Shown here piece by piece: positions 18,997 to 29,302 of a stretch of DNA of 64,000 nucleotides. The notes beneath the pieces were generated by a model. It did no database searches. It had not been told where the DNA came from and saw only the letters and a list, made by a program, of their open reading frames with translations. This DNA is from an uncultured Gammaproteobacteria bacterium (lineage in GTDB: Bacteria > Pseudomonadota > Gammaproteobacteria > GCA-002705445 > GCA-002716945): NCBI GenBank assembly GCA_902521725.1, contig CABYTF010000005.1:118-64117 (forward strand), given 5' to 3'. The position numbers and the translations under genes were made by a program. Numbering within the stretch: the first letter of the stretch is position 1; the number at the start of each line of letters is the position of its first letter.

Positions 18997-19692
18997 ATGC
19001 AAGATAAATCTGCTCTATCAGTTAAAACGTTCGATGTTGGTCCTATGCTAAATATTGTTTATCTTATTTGGGACAACACTACAAAAGATGCAGCAATAGT
19101 AGATCCGGCGTGGGATTTAACTGAGGTTCTAAATTTTACACAACAAAAAGGATTAAAATTGAGAAAAATCCTTTTAACTCACAGTCATCATGATCACGTC
19201 AACTCTATAGATACACTACTAAAAAAATATGATTTGCCAATTTACATTAACAAATTTGAGGCTAATTTTTGGAGGAAGAAATACGATAATTTGATAACTA
19301 CCGACTCCAACGACTCATTTTCGCTCGGAAAGTCGTCTATTTCAACAATTCACACGCCCGGACATACTCCCGGATCTTGTTGCTACTCATTTGATGAGAA
19401 ACTCATTGCAGGCGATACATTATTTGTTTTTGGTTGTGGAAGATGTGATCTTCATGGAGGAAACCCTGAAGAGATGTACAATTCATTAAAAAATCTAAAG
19501 ACTAACCTTAGTCAAAACACAATTATTATGCCCGGACACAACTATTCAATAAAAAGACAGTCAACCATAGGAGAGGAGATTACTGGTAATCCATTTTTCA
19601 GTTTTGATAATTTGAAAGATTTTGTTCAATATAGAATGCATGATCATGATAAAACTAGACAGGAACCATACGCTCCAATTACTCTTGACTAG
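18997..19692 (+). CDS. MBL-fold metallo-hydrolase (glyoxalase II-like)
   Basis: THSHHDH, HTPGHTPG, GDTLF..GCGRCD, PGHNY. Confidence 0.9.
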   Translation: MQDKSALSVKTFDVGPMLNIVYLIWDNTTKDAAIVDPAWDLTEVLNFTQQKGLKLRKILLTHSHHDHVNSIDTLLKKYDLPIYINKFEANFWRKKYDNLITTDSNDSFSLGKSSISTIHTPGHTPGSCCYSFDEKLIAGDTLFVFGCGRCDLHGGNPEEMYNSLKNLKTNLSQNTIIMPGHNYSIKRQSTIGEEITGNPFFSFDNLKDFVQYRMHDHDKTRQEPYAPITLD

Positions 19693-19693
19693 A

Positions 19694-20164
19694 TTATTTC
19701 AGACTATATCTTAGTTTTTGTATCAATTTCCTAATCAATACTTTATCAATAGCATTATTTGTAATAATTTCTTGCTCTCTTGTCACATGCATACGTGATT
19801 CATTAAAATCATAGGAACCAGAGGCTTTCAAAGTCCCTGTCATACTATTATTTTCTGAAATTATAATTTCATAATTTAATGATTTACTAATTTCGTACTC
19901 ATCCACTCTACCTGAAGAATTTACAGAAATTTGTCTTGTTTGACTTGATATAGAATTTATTTTTACTACAGGATATGTATCGTGATCTTGGCTCTGTGAT
20001 ATGATCGATGAACCTAGTTTTTGTGAGAGCAAATTTGAAATCGATGTATAGCCATTAGAGATAATTGTAATGTTTTCTAGACCGTCAACGTTCATCGATC
20101 CTCTAAGTTGATAACCACATGATGATATCATTGACATAGCTACAAAAAGGTAAAAAATTCTCAT
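19694..20164 (-). CDS. lptE: LPS assembly lipoprotein LptE
   Basis: Lipobox followed by CGYQLRG; directly downstream of leuS. Confidence 0.88.
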   Translation of the reverse strand: MRIFYLFVAMSMISSCGYQLRGSMNVDGLENITIISNGYTSISNLLSQKLGSSIISQSQDHDTYPVVKINSISSQTRQISVNSSGRVDEYEISKSLNYEIIISENNSMTGTLKASGSYDFNESRMHVTREQEIITNNAIDKVLIRKLIQKLRYSLK

Positions 20165-22578
20165 TTGATCACAAAGTTTATAAGCTTATTGGGTATATAA
20201 ATAGTCTTAAGGATAGATGCTTTAGCTAGGTACTCTTTTGTTTTTTGATCTTCTAGTGCAATTTTCACAATTTCCTCCTCTTTGAGGTCAGATTTTACAT
20301 TTATTTTACTTCTGAGTTTACCATTAATTTGTACTATTACTTGAACTTCTTGACCAACATCTACTCCTTCAATTTTCTCTGGCCATTCAGGATTACTAGC
20401 TTTTTCGGCTTTTATCTCAGATAGAATAGCGAAACATATATGAGGAGTAATAGGATAAAGTAATTTAGCCATACTAGAGATGCATCTCTTTGCATATTCA
20501 TTTGATATTGACTCTTCATCAATTGATTTGGAAAGACTGTTGAAAAATTCCATTACAGCAGCTATAGCTGTGTTATATGATTTTCTTTTAAAAAGATCTG
20601 TTGATACTTTGTCAATTGTCTCATTATGTTTGATCAAGATTTTATTATTTTTGTTTTTTGGAACATCGTAAGAATTACACACCAAATATGAGAGCTTCCA
20701 GAATCTCTTGAGAAATTTATAGCCACCCTCAATTGCTGAGTCAGACCATTCAAGATTTTGTTCAGGGGGAGCTGCAAATAGAATAAAAAGCCTTATTGTA
20801 TCGGCGCCATATTTATTTATTATATCGTCTGGATCAATTGTGTTGCCTTTAGACTTTGACATTTTTGCTCCATCTTTTAGAACCATGCCTTGTGAAAGTA
20901 GAGATATGAATGGCTCATCATTATCTACTATGCCTTCATCTCTTAAAAGCTTATAGAAGAATCTTGCATATAACAGATGTAATATAGCATGCTCAATACC
21001 GCCTATGTATTGGTCAACAGGTAGCCATGATTTGAATTTTTTGTTGAACATTTCTTTTTCATTATGCGGATCAAGAAACCTCAAGAAATACCAAGATGAT
21101 TCAAAGAATGTATCGAATGTATCAGTCTCTCTTGTAGCTTTTTTACCTGTTACAGGACAAGTAATATCTTTCCACTCACTAGTTCTATCTAACGGGTTAC
21201 CCTCACCATCTAATTTAATATCTTTTGGTAACTTGACGGGTAAATCTTCCTCTGGAACTGGGTAAACTGTGCCATCTTCATGATAATAGACAGGTATCGG
21301 GCATCCCCAATACCTTTGCCTGGATATACCCCAATCTCTTAGCCTATAGGTGACTACCTCTTCACCGAGATTATTATCCTGAAAATAATTCGTTATCTTT
21401 TCTTTGGCAATATCTGATTTTAGTCCATTAAATTCAGAGGAATTAACAAGCGTGCCTTTTTCAACATTTGGAAGACTATTTGTGCTCTTTTCATTATCAA
21501 TTACTTTAATAATTTCAAGATCAAATTTTTTAGCAAAGTCATAATCTCGAGGATCGTGAGCAGGAACACCCATTACTACTCCGGTGCCATAGTTATCAAG
21601 AATGTAGTTGGCAATCCATATTGGGATTTTTTTTTGAGTTATTGGATGGAAACAGTATTTACCTGTAAAGACCCCATCTTTTTCCACTTTAGCAGAAGTC
21701 TCTTCAGAAAGTTTTTGTTTTTGATACTTAGTTATAAAGTTTTTTATTTTTTCATCTTTTTTTGAAAGATTTGAAGCTATATCATGATTGATGCTAATAG
21801 CTAAGTATGTGACACCAAATAAAGTGTCTGGTCTTGTGGTAAATGCTGTGAAGATTTCAGAGCTACTTTCAGATACAAAGTTTATATTAAGACCCTTAGA
21901 TTTTCCTATCCAATTCTTCTGCATTAGCTTGACTGATTCAGGCCATCCGTCTAGCTTGTCGATGTCATTAAGTAAATCATCAGCAAAGTCAGTAATTTTT
22001 AGAAACCACTGAGGAATTTTTTTACGCTCTACTAGAGCGCCTGATCTCCAGCCCTTTCCATCAATCACTTGCTCATTAGCAAGAACTGTTTTGTCAACTG
22101 GATCCCAATTAACTTCGGAAAGCTTTCTGTATACTAATCCTTTTTTTAAAAGTTTTAGGAAAAACCATTGTTCCCATTTAAAATATCCCGGATCGGCTGT
22201 TGATATTTCATTGTCCCAATCATATAGTATTCCAATATTTTTTAGCTGAATCCTCATATGTGCAATGTTTGATTTTGTCCACTCCTCAGGGTGAACATTG
22301 TTTTTAATTGCTGCATTTTCTGCAGGCAGCCCAAATGAATCCCAACCCATTGGTTGAAAGACATTTCTGCCTTTCATGATGTTTGATCTTGTTATTACAT
22401 CACCAATAGTATAGTTCCTAACATGGCCAATATGTAATTTGCCACTTGGATAAGGGAACATGCTAAGCACATAATATTTATCTTTGCTTCTAGTGAGTTT
22501 TTCTCTAGTACAACTATTCTCATCCCATACTTCTTGGGCATTTTTTTCAACTTCTCTAGGATTATAATCTTTATTCAT
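20161..22578 (-). CDS. leuS: Leucine--tRNA ligase
   Basis: MFPYPSGKLHIGH, FTTRPDT, DWGISRQRYWG, KMSKS. Confidence 0.98.
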   Translation of the reverse strand: MNKDYNPREVEKNAQEVWDENSCTREKLTRSKDKYYVLSMFPYPSGKLHIGHVRNYTIGDVITRSNIMKGRNVFQPMGWDSFGLPAENAAIKNNVHPEEWTKSNIAHMRIQLKNIGILYDWDNEISTADPGYFKWEQWFFLKLLKKGLVYRKLSEVNWDPVDKTVLANEQVIDGKGWRSGALVERKKIPQWFLKITDFADDLLNDIDKLDGWPESVKLMQKNWIGKSKGLNINFVSESSSEIFTAFTTRPDTLFGVTYLAISINHDIASNLSKKDEKIKNFITKYQKQKLSEETSAKVEKDGVFTGKYCFHPITQKKIPIWIANYILDNYGTGVVMGVPAHDPRDYDFAKKFDLEIIKVIDNEKSTNSLPNVEKGTLVNSSEFNGLKSDIAKEKITNYFQDNNLGEEVVTYRLRDWGISRQRYWGCPIPVYYHEDGTVYPVPEEDLPVKLPKDIKLDGEGNPLDRTSEWKDITCPVTGKKATRETDTFDTFFESSWYFLRFLDPHNEKEMFNKKFKSWLPVDQYIGGIEHAILHLLYARFFYKLLRDEGIVDNDEPFISLLSQGMVLKDGAKMSKSKGNTIDPDDIINKYGADTIRLFILFAAPPEQNLEWSDSAIEGGYKFLKRFWKLSYLVCNSYDVPKNKNNKILIKHNETIDKVSTDLFKRKSYNTAIAAVMEFFNSLSKSIDEESISNEYAKRCISSMAKLLYPITPHICFAILSEIKAEKASNPEWPEKIEGVDVGQEVQVIVQINGKLRSKINVKSDLKEEEIVKIALEDQKTKEYLAKASILKTIYIPNKLINFVIK

Positions 22579-24022
22579 AGTGTTTTTTTGCTCTATTTAG
22601 GGCGTTGATGAGTAGTGAGAAAAATATTAACATCAAAATCAAAATATCACCATATTCCGAATAGAAAGATCTATTCATTTTTGTTGGGATTCGACCCTTT
22701 AATATTCCCTCTTCATTATTTTTGATCATATCAACTATTTGTCCATCATTTTTTATTACTGCACTTATACCTGTGTTAGTTGCTCTAAGGATGTATCTGT
22801 TGAATTCAAGAGCTCTTATTTGTGTTATCTGAAGGTGTTGATATGGTGCTAATGACATACCAAACCATGCATCATTGCTGATATTAACTATAACCTCATG
22901 ACTTGAAGAAGATTCAATAAGGTTTGGAAATGTACTCTCAAAACAAATCATAGGTAAGATGTCAACGTTACCAAATGATATTTTATCTATCTTCTCAGAG
23001 CCACTTGAAAGATTTGAGAGTGGGATATTAAGATTTTGGGACAATTTTATTAGAGAATTATACCAAGGGGTGTACTCACCGAAAGGTACTAATTTTCGCT
23101 TATTATATATATCAATTTTGTCTGAGAAAAAAAACATACTATTGAAAACCTTGTCACCATTTTTTGAAAACAATCCTGTGATAAGCAAATTTGAGTCATG
23201 AGTTGTTGCTTGAAAAAATTTAAAAAGCTCATCTTCTTGAGTAAAAGGAATTGGTATGATTGTTTCTGGAAAGATCACTAGGTCACTCGTCCTATTCATA
23301 TCAAGCATAGTGTTATATTTGTTCATTATCAGAGAATATTGACTACTATCATATGATTGCTGGGGGTAGATGTTAGGTTGATAGAGTGTATAACTAAGAG
23401 TCTCTGTGTCAATAGAGTTGTCATTTTTATAATTTATTGGGTTAAGAGAATAAAGTACAAATAACACAAAGGAAAAAGATAGAAATATTTTATTTCTATC
23501 AGTAAAAGCCTTATAGAAAAATAATGAAATGAGAACCACAAAATAGCTGACTGCGAAACTACCCATAGTAGGATATATAGAATCGAATATAGTTCCATTT
23601 TGACTGTGTCCAATAAGAAGCCATGGAAAGCCTCCATATAGTATTGACTTTAAGTATTCTGCCAATACAAAGAGAGATGCAACATAGCTTAGGTAAAAAT
23701 AATTATTTGATGATAGAGATTTATATAGCCCAATCAGTAGATATGGAAAACTAATAATTAGTGCGAATAGTAAAGTTATAATACTGCTAAGCAGATACCC
23801 AAGCGAACCATAATTAATCAAAGAATTATTTATCCATGATATGCCTAGAAGATGACAAAGTAGCGTGAAATAAATGACTGCCTTAATCTTATCCTTAATT
23901 GATAAATTCTCTAATGAATGGAAGAGAAGGATTAAAGAAAAGAATATAAATACTTTATAGTCAAAAGGCGAAAATGATGAGACATATAATATAGAAGATA
24001 TTGAGAGATACAGGAGCTTCAA
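22571..24022 (-). CDS. lnt: Apolipoprotein N-acyltransferase
   Basis: GFPW, FPET, KLVPFGEY, ICFES, SNDAWFG, RATNTGIS. Confidence 0.95.
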   Translation of the reverse strand: MKLLYLSISSILYVSSFSPFDYKVFIFFSLILLFHSLENLSIKDKIKAVIYFTLLCHLLGISWINNSLINYGSLGYLLSSIITLLFALIISFPYLLIGLYKSLSSNNYFYLSYVASLFVLAEYLKSILYGGFPWLLIGHSQNGTIFDSIYPTMGSFAVSYFVVLISLFFYKAFTDRNKIFLSFSFVLFVLYSLNPINYKNDNSIDTETLSYTLYQPNIYPQQSYDSSQYSLIMNKYNTMLDMNRTSDLVIFPETIIPIPFTQEDELFKFFQATTHDSNLLITGLFSKNGDKVFNSMFFFSDKIDIYNKRKLVPFGEYTPWYNSLIKLSQNLNIPLSNLSSGSEKIDKISFGNVDILPMICFESTFPNLIESSSSHEVIVNISNDAWFGMSLAPYQHLQITQIRALEFNRYILRATNTGISAVIKNDGQIVDMIKNNEEGILKGRIPTKMNRSFYSEYGDILILMLIFFSLLINALNRAKKHYE

Positions 24023-24855
24023 ATCTTTTTACGATCTTTTCTTATGGTAAGTTGTATGCGATTAATTTTTTTTGAATCTGCAGAGAGAACTGTAAAAAAG
24101 AAATCCTCATTTTCTAGAGTCTCCTGCTTATTTGGAACTTTTTCAAATTTATTCACTAGAAAACCTCCGATCGTTTCAATATCCTTATCAACTAGGTTAC
24201 AGTCAAATTTTTCATTGAAATCATCCAAAGATAATAGCGCATCAATTATGTATTTATTATTAGCCTGCTGAATTATGAGTTCTTTGCTGGAAATATCATG
24301 TTCATCATCAATCTCCCCTATTATTTCCTCAATTAGGTCTTCTAAGGTAACTAGTCCTGAAATATTACTGTGTTCATCAATAACAATGGCAATATGATTA
24401 CGACTAGCTTTAAATTCATTAAGGAGTACATTTAGTCTTTTACTTTCAGGAATAAATTTTGCTGGCCTTATATAATCATGAAGATCAAAGTCGTCAGAGC
24501 TTATAATTTGATTTTTTAATAAATCTTTTGCATGTAGGATCCCAAGAATTTCATCAGGTTTGTCATGTATTACTGGAAAGCGAGAATGTCCTGATTCAAT
24601 TACTTTAGTCACTACTGAATTTAGTTCTTCATTCACATTAATCGTGATCATGTGTGGGCGAGGAATCATAATTTCTCGTACAGGGATTTCTGATACACTA
24701 AAGACTCCTAAAATCATTTGAAATATGTCTTGAGTGATTAAACTATTCTTCGCTGCCGTATCCAAGAGAGTGATTAAATCTTTTTTATCTTTAGGTGTGT
24801 CGCCTAATAAGTCCTTTATCTTATCAAGCCAGTTGTTATCTTTAACTTCGGACAT
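24019..24855 (-). CDS. corC: CorC/HlyC CBS-domain Mg/Co transport-associated protein
   Basis: IMIPR, SGHSRFPV, GLVTLEDLIEEIIGEIDDEHD; start 24855 or 24867. Confidence 0.9.
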   Translation of the reverse strand: MSEVKDNNWLDKIKDLLGDTPKDKKDLITLLDTAAKNSLITQDIFQMILGVFSVSEIPVREIMIPRPHMITINVNEELNSVVTKVIESGHSRFPVIHDKPDEILGILHAKDLLKNQIISSDDFDLHDYIRPAKFIPESKRLNVLLNEFKASRNHIAIVIDEHSNISGLVTLEDLIEEIIGEIDDEHDISSKELIIQQANNKYIIDALLSLDDFNEKFDCNLVDKDIETIGGFLVNKFEKVPNKQETLENEDFFFTVLSADSKKINRIQLTIRKDRKKI

Positions 24856-25291
24856 ATGGGTTACCAAAATTCATACTATTTAGCAATCTAACCTCTGTTT
24901 TCTCCATAAACAAGCGCTCTTTTTTTGTAGTATGGTTATAGCCCTGCAGATGTAACATCGAGTGGACAATCATATGCGCCCATCTAAAATTAGGTGAAAA
25001 ACCATATTTCTTTGCTTCCCTGTTAATAATCTCTGGGCACAAGATAATATCACCATATAAACCGTCATCGCTGTAGGTAAATGTGAGTACATTCGTCGAC
25101 TTATCTGTTTTCAAATACTTGCTGTTTAGAGTCCTCATTCTTTTTTGGCCTACGAAAATAAGATTGACATGATTTATGAAACTCTTCATAAGACTAAAGC
25201 GTATCCAAGTCTTCAGGTTAGATGTTGATGGCACATAGTGATTTTTTATATACTTGACGTAATTAATCTTTATTTTTTTTTCTTTTTTCAT
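24842..25291 (-). CDS. ybeY: rRNA maturation RNase YbeY
   Basis: TNVLTF, GDIILC, HMIVHSMLHLQGYNH; start uncertain. Confidence 0.9.
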   Translation of the reverse strand: MKKEKKIKINYVKYIKNHYVPSTSNLKTWIRFSLMKSFINHVNLIFVGQKRMRTLNSKYLKTDKSTNVLTFTYSDDGLYGDIILCPEIINREAKKYGFSPNFRWAHMIVHSMLHLQGYNHTTKKERLFMEKTEVRLLNSMNFGNPYVRS

Positions 25292-26228
25292 ATTCACTGA
25301 TAATAGATGAGACAATCTTATGCCGCATTACATCCTTCGGTCCAAACTTCACTACATCAATACCTTTTATATTTAATATAAATTCTAAACAATCTTTTAG
25401 ACCAGATTGTGAGTCTTTCGGTAAATCTATCTGACTAACATCCCCAGTTACCACAGTCGTAGACCCGTAACCAATTCTAGTTAGAAACATCTGCATTTGT
25501 GATATGGTAGTATTTTGAGCCTCATCTAGGATAATAAATGCATCATTTAGTGTTCTTCCTCTCATGTATGCAAGCGGTGCTATTTCTATGACTTTTTTTT
25601 CTAAGAGTTTATTGACGGTTTCAAAACCTAAACATTCATACAATGAGTCATATAATGGCTGTAAATACGGATCTATTTTCTCAGCTAGATCGCCAGGTAA
25701 AAAGCCTAGCTTTTCCCCTGCTTCAATAGCTGGTCTGACTAAAATTATTTTTTTAACGAGCCGTTTCTCTAACGCGTTTACAGCACATGCCACTGCTAAA
25801 AAAGTTTTTCCTGTCCCAGCTGCACCTATCCCAAAGGTAACAGTGTTTGAATTTATCGTATCGATAAATGATTTCTGATTATTTGATTTAGGTTTAATAA
25901 TTAATTTTTTAAGTTTTATACTACTATCGATATCATCTGCGTCGTCAGATAGGAATTCACTCGAATTATTCAAATATAAATGTAGTTGCTTAGGTGTTAT
26001 TTCCTCGCTTTCAGATAAGTGGTATATTTTTTCAATGAAGTTTGAAGTATTTTCTACGTTAGTATTTCGACCTGAAATTTTGAAAGCATTACCTCTATTT
26101 GAAATTTCAACTTCAAAAAAGTTTTCTATTTGCCTTATATTTTTATCAAGAAGACCACATAATCTTATCAACCTATCATTATCAATTGGTTCTAGTTTTA
26201 TATGTTGATCGATGTTCTTTTGAGTCAA
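25263..26228 (-). CDS. ybeZ: PhoH-family ATPase (YbeZ)
   Basis: GAAGTGKT, LGFLPGDL, YMRGRTL, DEAQN. Confidence 0.93.
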   Translation of the reverse strand: MTQKNIDQHIKLEPIDNDRLIRLCGLLDKNIRQIENFFEVEISNRGNAFKISGRNTNVENTSNFIEKIYHLSESEEITPKQLHLYLNNSSEFLSDDADDIDSSIKLKKLIIKPKSNNQKSFIDTINSNTVTFGIGAAGTGKTFLAVACAVNALEKRLVKKIILVRPAIEAGEKLGFLPGDLAEKIDPYLQPLYDSLYECLGFETVNKLLEKKVIEIAPLAYMRGRTLNDAFIILDEAQNTTISQMQMFLTRIGYGSTTVVTGDVSQIDLPKDSQSGLKDCLEFILNIKGIDVVKFGPKDVMRHKIVSSIISEYEKRKKNKD

Positions 26229-26237
26229 TTTTATAAC

Positions 26238-27563
26238 CTACAAAGCTCCATCTAATGAATTCCGATTAGATCGTGTAATTTTAACATCTATAATCTGTCC
26301 TATTAAATCTGTGGGAGCGCTAAAATTTACTATTTTATTAGTAAATGTCCTACCGAATAGTTTCATAGGATCTGTCTTAGACGTTCCCTCTATTAATACC
26401 TTTTGAGAAGTTCCTACCAATTTAGATAAATACTTTTCAGAGTTGATTCTTATAAGATCCTGAACAAGACTTAATCTTTTTTTCTTTTCAGACATAGAAA
26501 TGTTGTCTGGTTCAGATGATGCAGGTGTTCCAGGTCTCTTGCTATAAATGAAACTATAGCCATCATCAAAACCAATCTGCTCTATTAAATCTAGAGTCTC
26601 TTCGAAACACTCGTTTGACTCACCTGGATATCCAATAATAAAATCTGAGGTAATACTGATATCCGGTCTGACATTCCTTACTTTCTTAATCATGTTTTTA
26701 TATTCTAAGGCAGTATGTTTTCTTTTCATTTTCGAAAGGATTAAATCTGAGCCCGATTGAACTGGTAGGTGAAGATTGCTGCATAATTTTGAATTATTAT
26801 ACTCTTGGATCAATTCATCGGTAAAATCAATCGGATGAGATGTTGTATGTCTTATTCTCTCTATTCCGTCGACTTTAGATATATATCTAATTAGCTCAGA
26901 AAAATTTACGGAACGTTTATCTCTGTTTCTGATACCTTTATAGGCATTAACGTTTTGTCCAAGTAAAATAATTTCTCTTACACCATTACTAGCTAGGTTA
27001 GAGACTTCGAAAAGTATTTCATCAAGTGGTCTGCTAACCTCCTCACCTCTGGTGTAAGGCACAACACAAAATGTGCAATACTTACTACAACCCTCCATAA
27101 TCGACACATATGCAGAAACATCTGATGATGTCGATCGAGGCAAGAAGTCAAATTTCTCTATAAGAGGGAAGGAGATGTCAATTGGTTTTATATTTTTCGA
27201 AATAGACTCATCAATCATTTTCGGCAACCTATGAAGTGTTTGTGGACCAAAAATTATATCCACAAAGGTTGCTCTTTGTTTTAAACTTCTCCCTTCCTGA
27301 GAGGCAACACAGCCGCCTACTGCTATAAGGGTTTCTGGTCTAGTCTGTTTAATTTTTTTCCATCTCCCTAATTCAGAAAAGACTTTCTCTTGTGCTTTTT
27401 CTCTAATTGAACAAGTATTTAGAATCAGAATATCTGCATTATTGGGATCCTCAGTACGAGTCATATTATAATGATGAACTAAAAGATCGGAAATCTTATC
27501 AGAGTCATAGACATTCATTTGACATCCTTGCGTTCTGATAAAATACTTTTTATTTTCTATCAT
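26238..27563 (-). CDS. miaB: tRNA-2-methylthio-N6-dimethylallyladenosine synthase
   Basis: GCQMN, NTCSIR, CSKYCTFC radical-SAM motif, TRAM domain. Confidence 0.96.
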   Translation of the reverse strand: MIENKKYFIRTQGCQMNVYDSDKISDLLVHHYNMTRTEDPNNADILILNTCSIREKAQEKVFSELGRWKKIKQTRPETLIAVGGCVASQEGRSLKQRATFVDIIFGPQTLHRLPKMIDESISKNIKPIDISFPLIEKFDFLPRSTSSDVSAYVSIMEGCSKYCTFCVVPYTRGEEVSRPLDEILFEVSNLASNGVREIILLGQNVNAYKGIRNRDKRSVNFSELIRYISKVDGIERIRHTTSHPIDFTDELIQEYNNSKLCSNLHLPVQSGSDLILSKMKRKHTALEYKNMIKKVRNVRPDISITSDFIIGYPGESNECFEETLDLIEQIGFDDGYSFIYSKRPGTPASSEPDNISMSEKKKRLSLVQDLIRINSEKYLSKLVGTSQKVLIEGTSKTDPMKLFGRTFTNKIVNFSAPTDLIGQIIDVKITRSNRNSLDGAL

Positions 27564-27566
27564 TTA

Positions 27567-27989
27567 TTAAAAAGGTATGTCTTCATCCTTAATGATATCT
27601 TGATTTGAAAAATCGTTGTTATCTTGACTCTTTGGAGTGAAGGCGTCTGATGAGTCGGACTTGCTGCCAACAAAGGTAAAATTATCGGAAATGATGTCAG
27701 TAGAAAACTTTTCAATTCCATCTTTGTCTTGCCATTTCCTAGTTTGCAGTCTGCCCTCTACGTATAGCTGCTGTCCTTTTTTAACATATTGACCTATTGT
27801 TTCAGCTGGTTTGTTAAAAAATACAACTCTATGCCATTCAGTCTTATCTTCGTATGATCCAGAATCTTGATTCTTGAATTTCCTATTAGTAGCAATAGAA
27901 AGATTTACTACAGCATTACCGCTGGGCATAAATTTGACCTCAGGATCATTTCCAACTCTGCCTAGCAGAATTACTTTATTGACCGACAA
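27567..27989 (-). CDS. ssb: Single-stranded DNA-binding protein
   Basis: VNKVILLG, TEWHRVV, VEGRLQTRKW, C-terminal DIPF. Confidence 0.97.
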   Translation of the reverse strand: MSVNKVILLGRVGNDPEVKFMPSGNAVVNLSIATNRKFKNQDSGSYEDKTEWHRVVFFNKPAETIGQYVKKGQQLYVEGRLQTRKWQDKDGIEKFSTDIISDNFTFVGSKSDSSDAFTPKSQDNNDFSNQDIIKDEDIPF

Positions 27990-29145
27990 TACTAGCTCCT
28001 TTATTTTTTATAGTAAGACAATTAAGTGTCCACACAACAGATATTACAGCAGTAAAAAAGAAAATGCCACTTAATCCATATCTATCGTATAAGTATCCAC
28101 CAATCAAGCCGCCTAAGAATGTTCCAAAAAACTGAAAAGATGTATAAATGCTCATAGTCAGACCACGATTATCTATATTTGTATTCTTAGATAAGGTAGA
28201 TGGAATGCCAGCCTCTAAAACGCTAAAAGATCCAATATAACAAATTAATGCGGTAGTGATTATGATGAGACTAGTATCAAAAAATAAATATATAAAGATA
28301 AGGGATAGTGAGAGTAGCAGTACTGATGTATTTCTTGTTAAGTGTGGTTTGCTTCTCTCTATTCCTAATAATGGTAATGTTATAACTAGAGACAATATGA
28401 AAATTGAGGAATAGAGCTGTGGAAAATCGTCTACGGCAATACGGTATACCTCATACATCATTACAGGTATTGCAATGAAGATTGAAGTTAAAATCATATG
28501 TAATATCAAAATATCCAAAAAGAAACGGTTAAATTTTTTATCTGATATTATTTCAACTAAGTCATAATTAAATTGACTTTTTGATAAGGTAGTTGTTTTC
28601 GGAATTAGCGCAGTCAATAATAAACTGAATATTGTAAGGAAGATGACTAAAAAGAAAAGACCTGACAGATTAAAAAATTTAGTTACTAGTGGACCTAACA
28701 TAAACGCAGTGAAAAAAGCAGCTCCGATAGCAACTCCAACGATTGCCATTGATAATGTTCTATTTTTCTCAGTAGTACTGTCTGATAGCAGGGCCATTAA
28801 AACGCCAGATATTGCACCAGCACCCTGGAGCGCCCTGCCTAAAACAAGATAATAAATATTTTCTGTATAAGCACAAATCATAGAGCCTACTAGAAATATC
28901 AATAGACCTATTAAAATTATTACTTTTCTGCCATATCGATCTGATAATAGCCCGAAAGGAATTTGCATTATAGCATTTGTGAGACCGTAGATACCTAATG
29001 TAACGCCAATCAAAAATGGAGTTGAATAGCTATAAGAATCGGTATAAACAGATAGCACGGGAAAAATCATAAAAGCACCAAGCATCCTGAAAAAATACAT
29101 TAGGGTTATTATGGAAATAGACTTTTTTTCTGAGACTGAAAACAT
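27976..29145 (-). CDS. MFS transporter (YajR-like)
   Basis: QIPFGLLSDRYGRK, GRALQGAGA; usual uvrA-MFS-ssb synteny. Confidence 0.9.
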   Translation of the reverse strand: MFSVSEKKSISIITLMYFFRMLGAFMIFPVLSVYTDSYSYSTPFLIGVTLGIYGLTNAIMQIPFGLLSDRYGRKVIILIGLLIFLVGSMICAYTENIYYLVLGRALQGAGAISGVLMALLSDSTTEKNRTLSMAIVGVAIGAAFFTAFMLGPLVTKFFNLSGLFFLVIFLTIFSLLLTALIPKTTTLSKSQFNYDLVEIISDKKFNRFFLDILILHMILTSIFIAIPVMMYEVYRIAVDDFPQLYSSIFILSLVITLPLLGIERSKPHLTRNTSVLLLSLSLIFIYLFFDTSLIIITTALICYIGSFSVLEAGIPSTLSKNTNIDNRGLTMSIYTSFQFFGTFLGGLIGGYLYDRYGLSGIFFFTAVISVVWTLNCLTIKNKGASIVGQ

Positions 29146-29302
29146 ATACTAATAACTACTGGGCAGAATAAAGGAGTAGACAGGTTTGCATTTACAAGCA
29201 GAATATTTAGCTACTCTCAATTTTCACTCCAACGATTAACAGTAAATTATAACACAAGCAAACTGTTGGTCTTATAACAATAAAAAATGTTAATATTGTC
29301 TG

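Noticed and set aside
29195-29240. SAM-II/SAM-V riboswitch, suggested by GUAGCUAAA
   Set aside because: The upstream P1 stem and UUGAAC/UUAAC core could not be built, and the downstream gene is not methionine-related
29230-29302. Possible LexA/SOS box upstream of uvrA
   Set aside because: No CTG-N10-CAG; the AACAGT...ACTGTT inverted repeat has the wrong orientation and spacing
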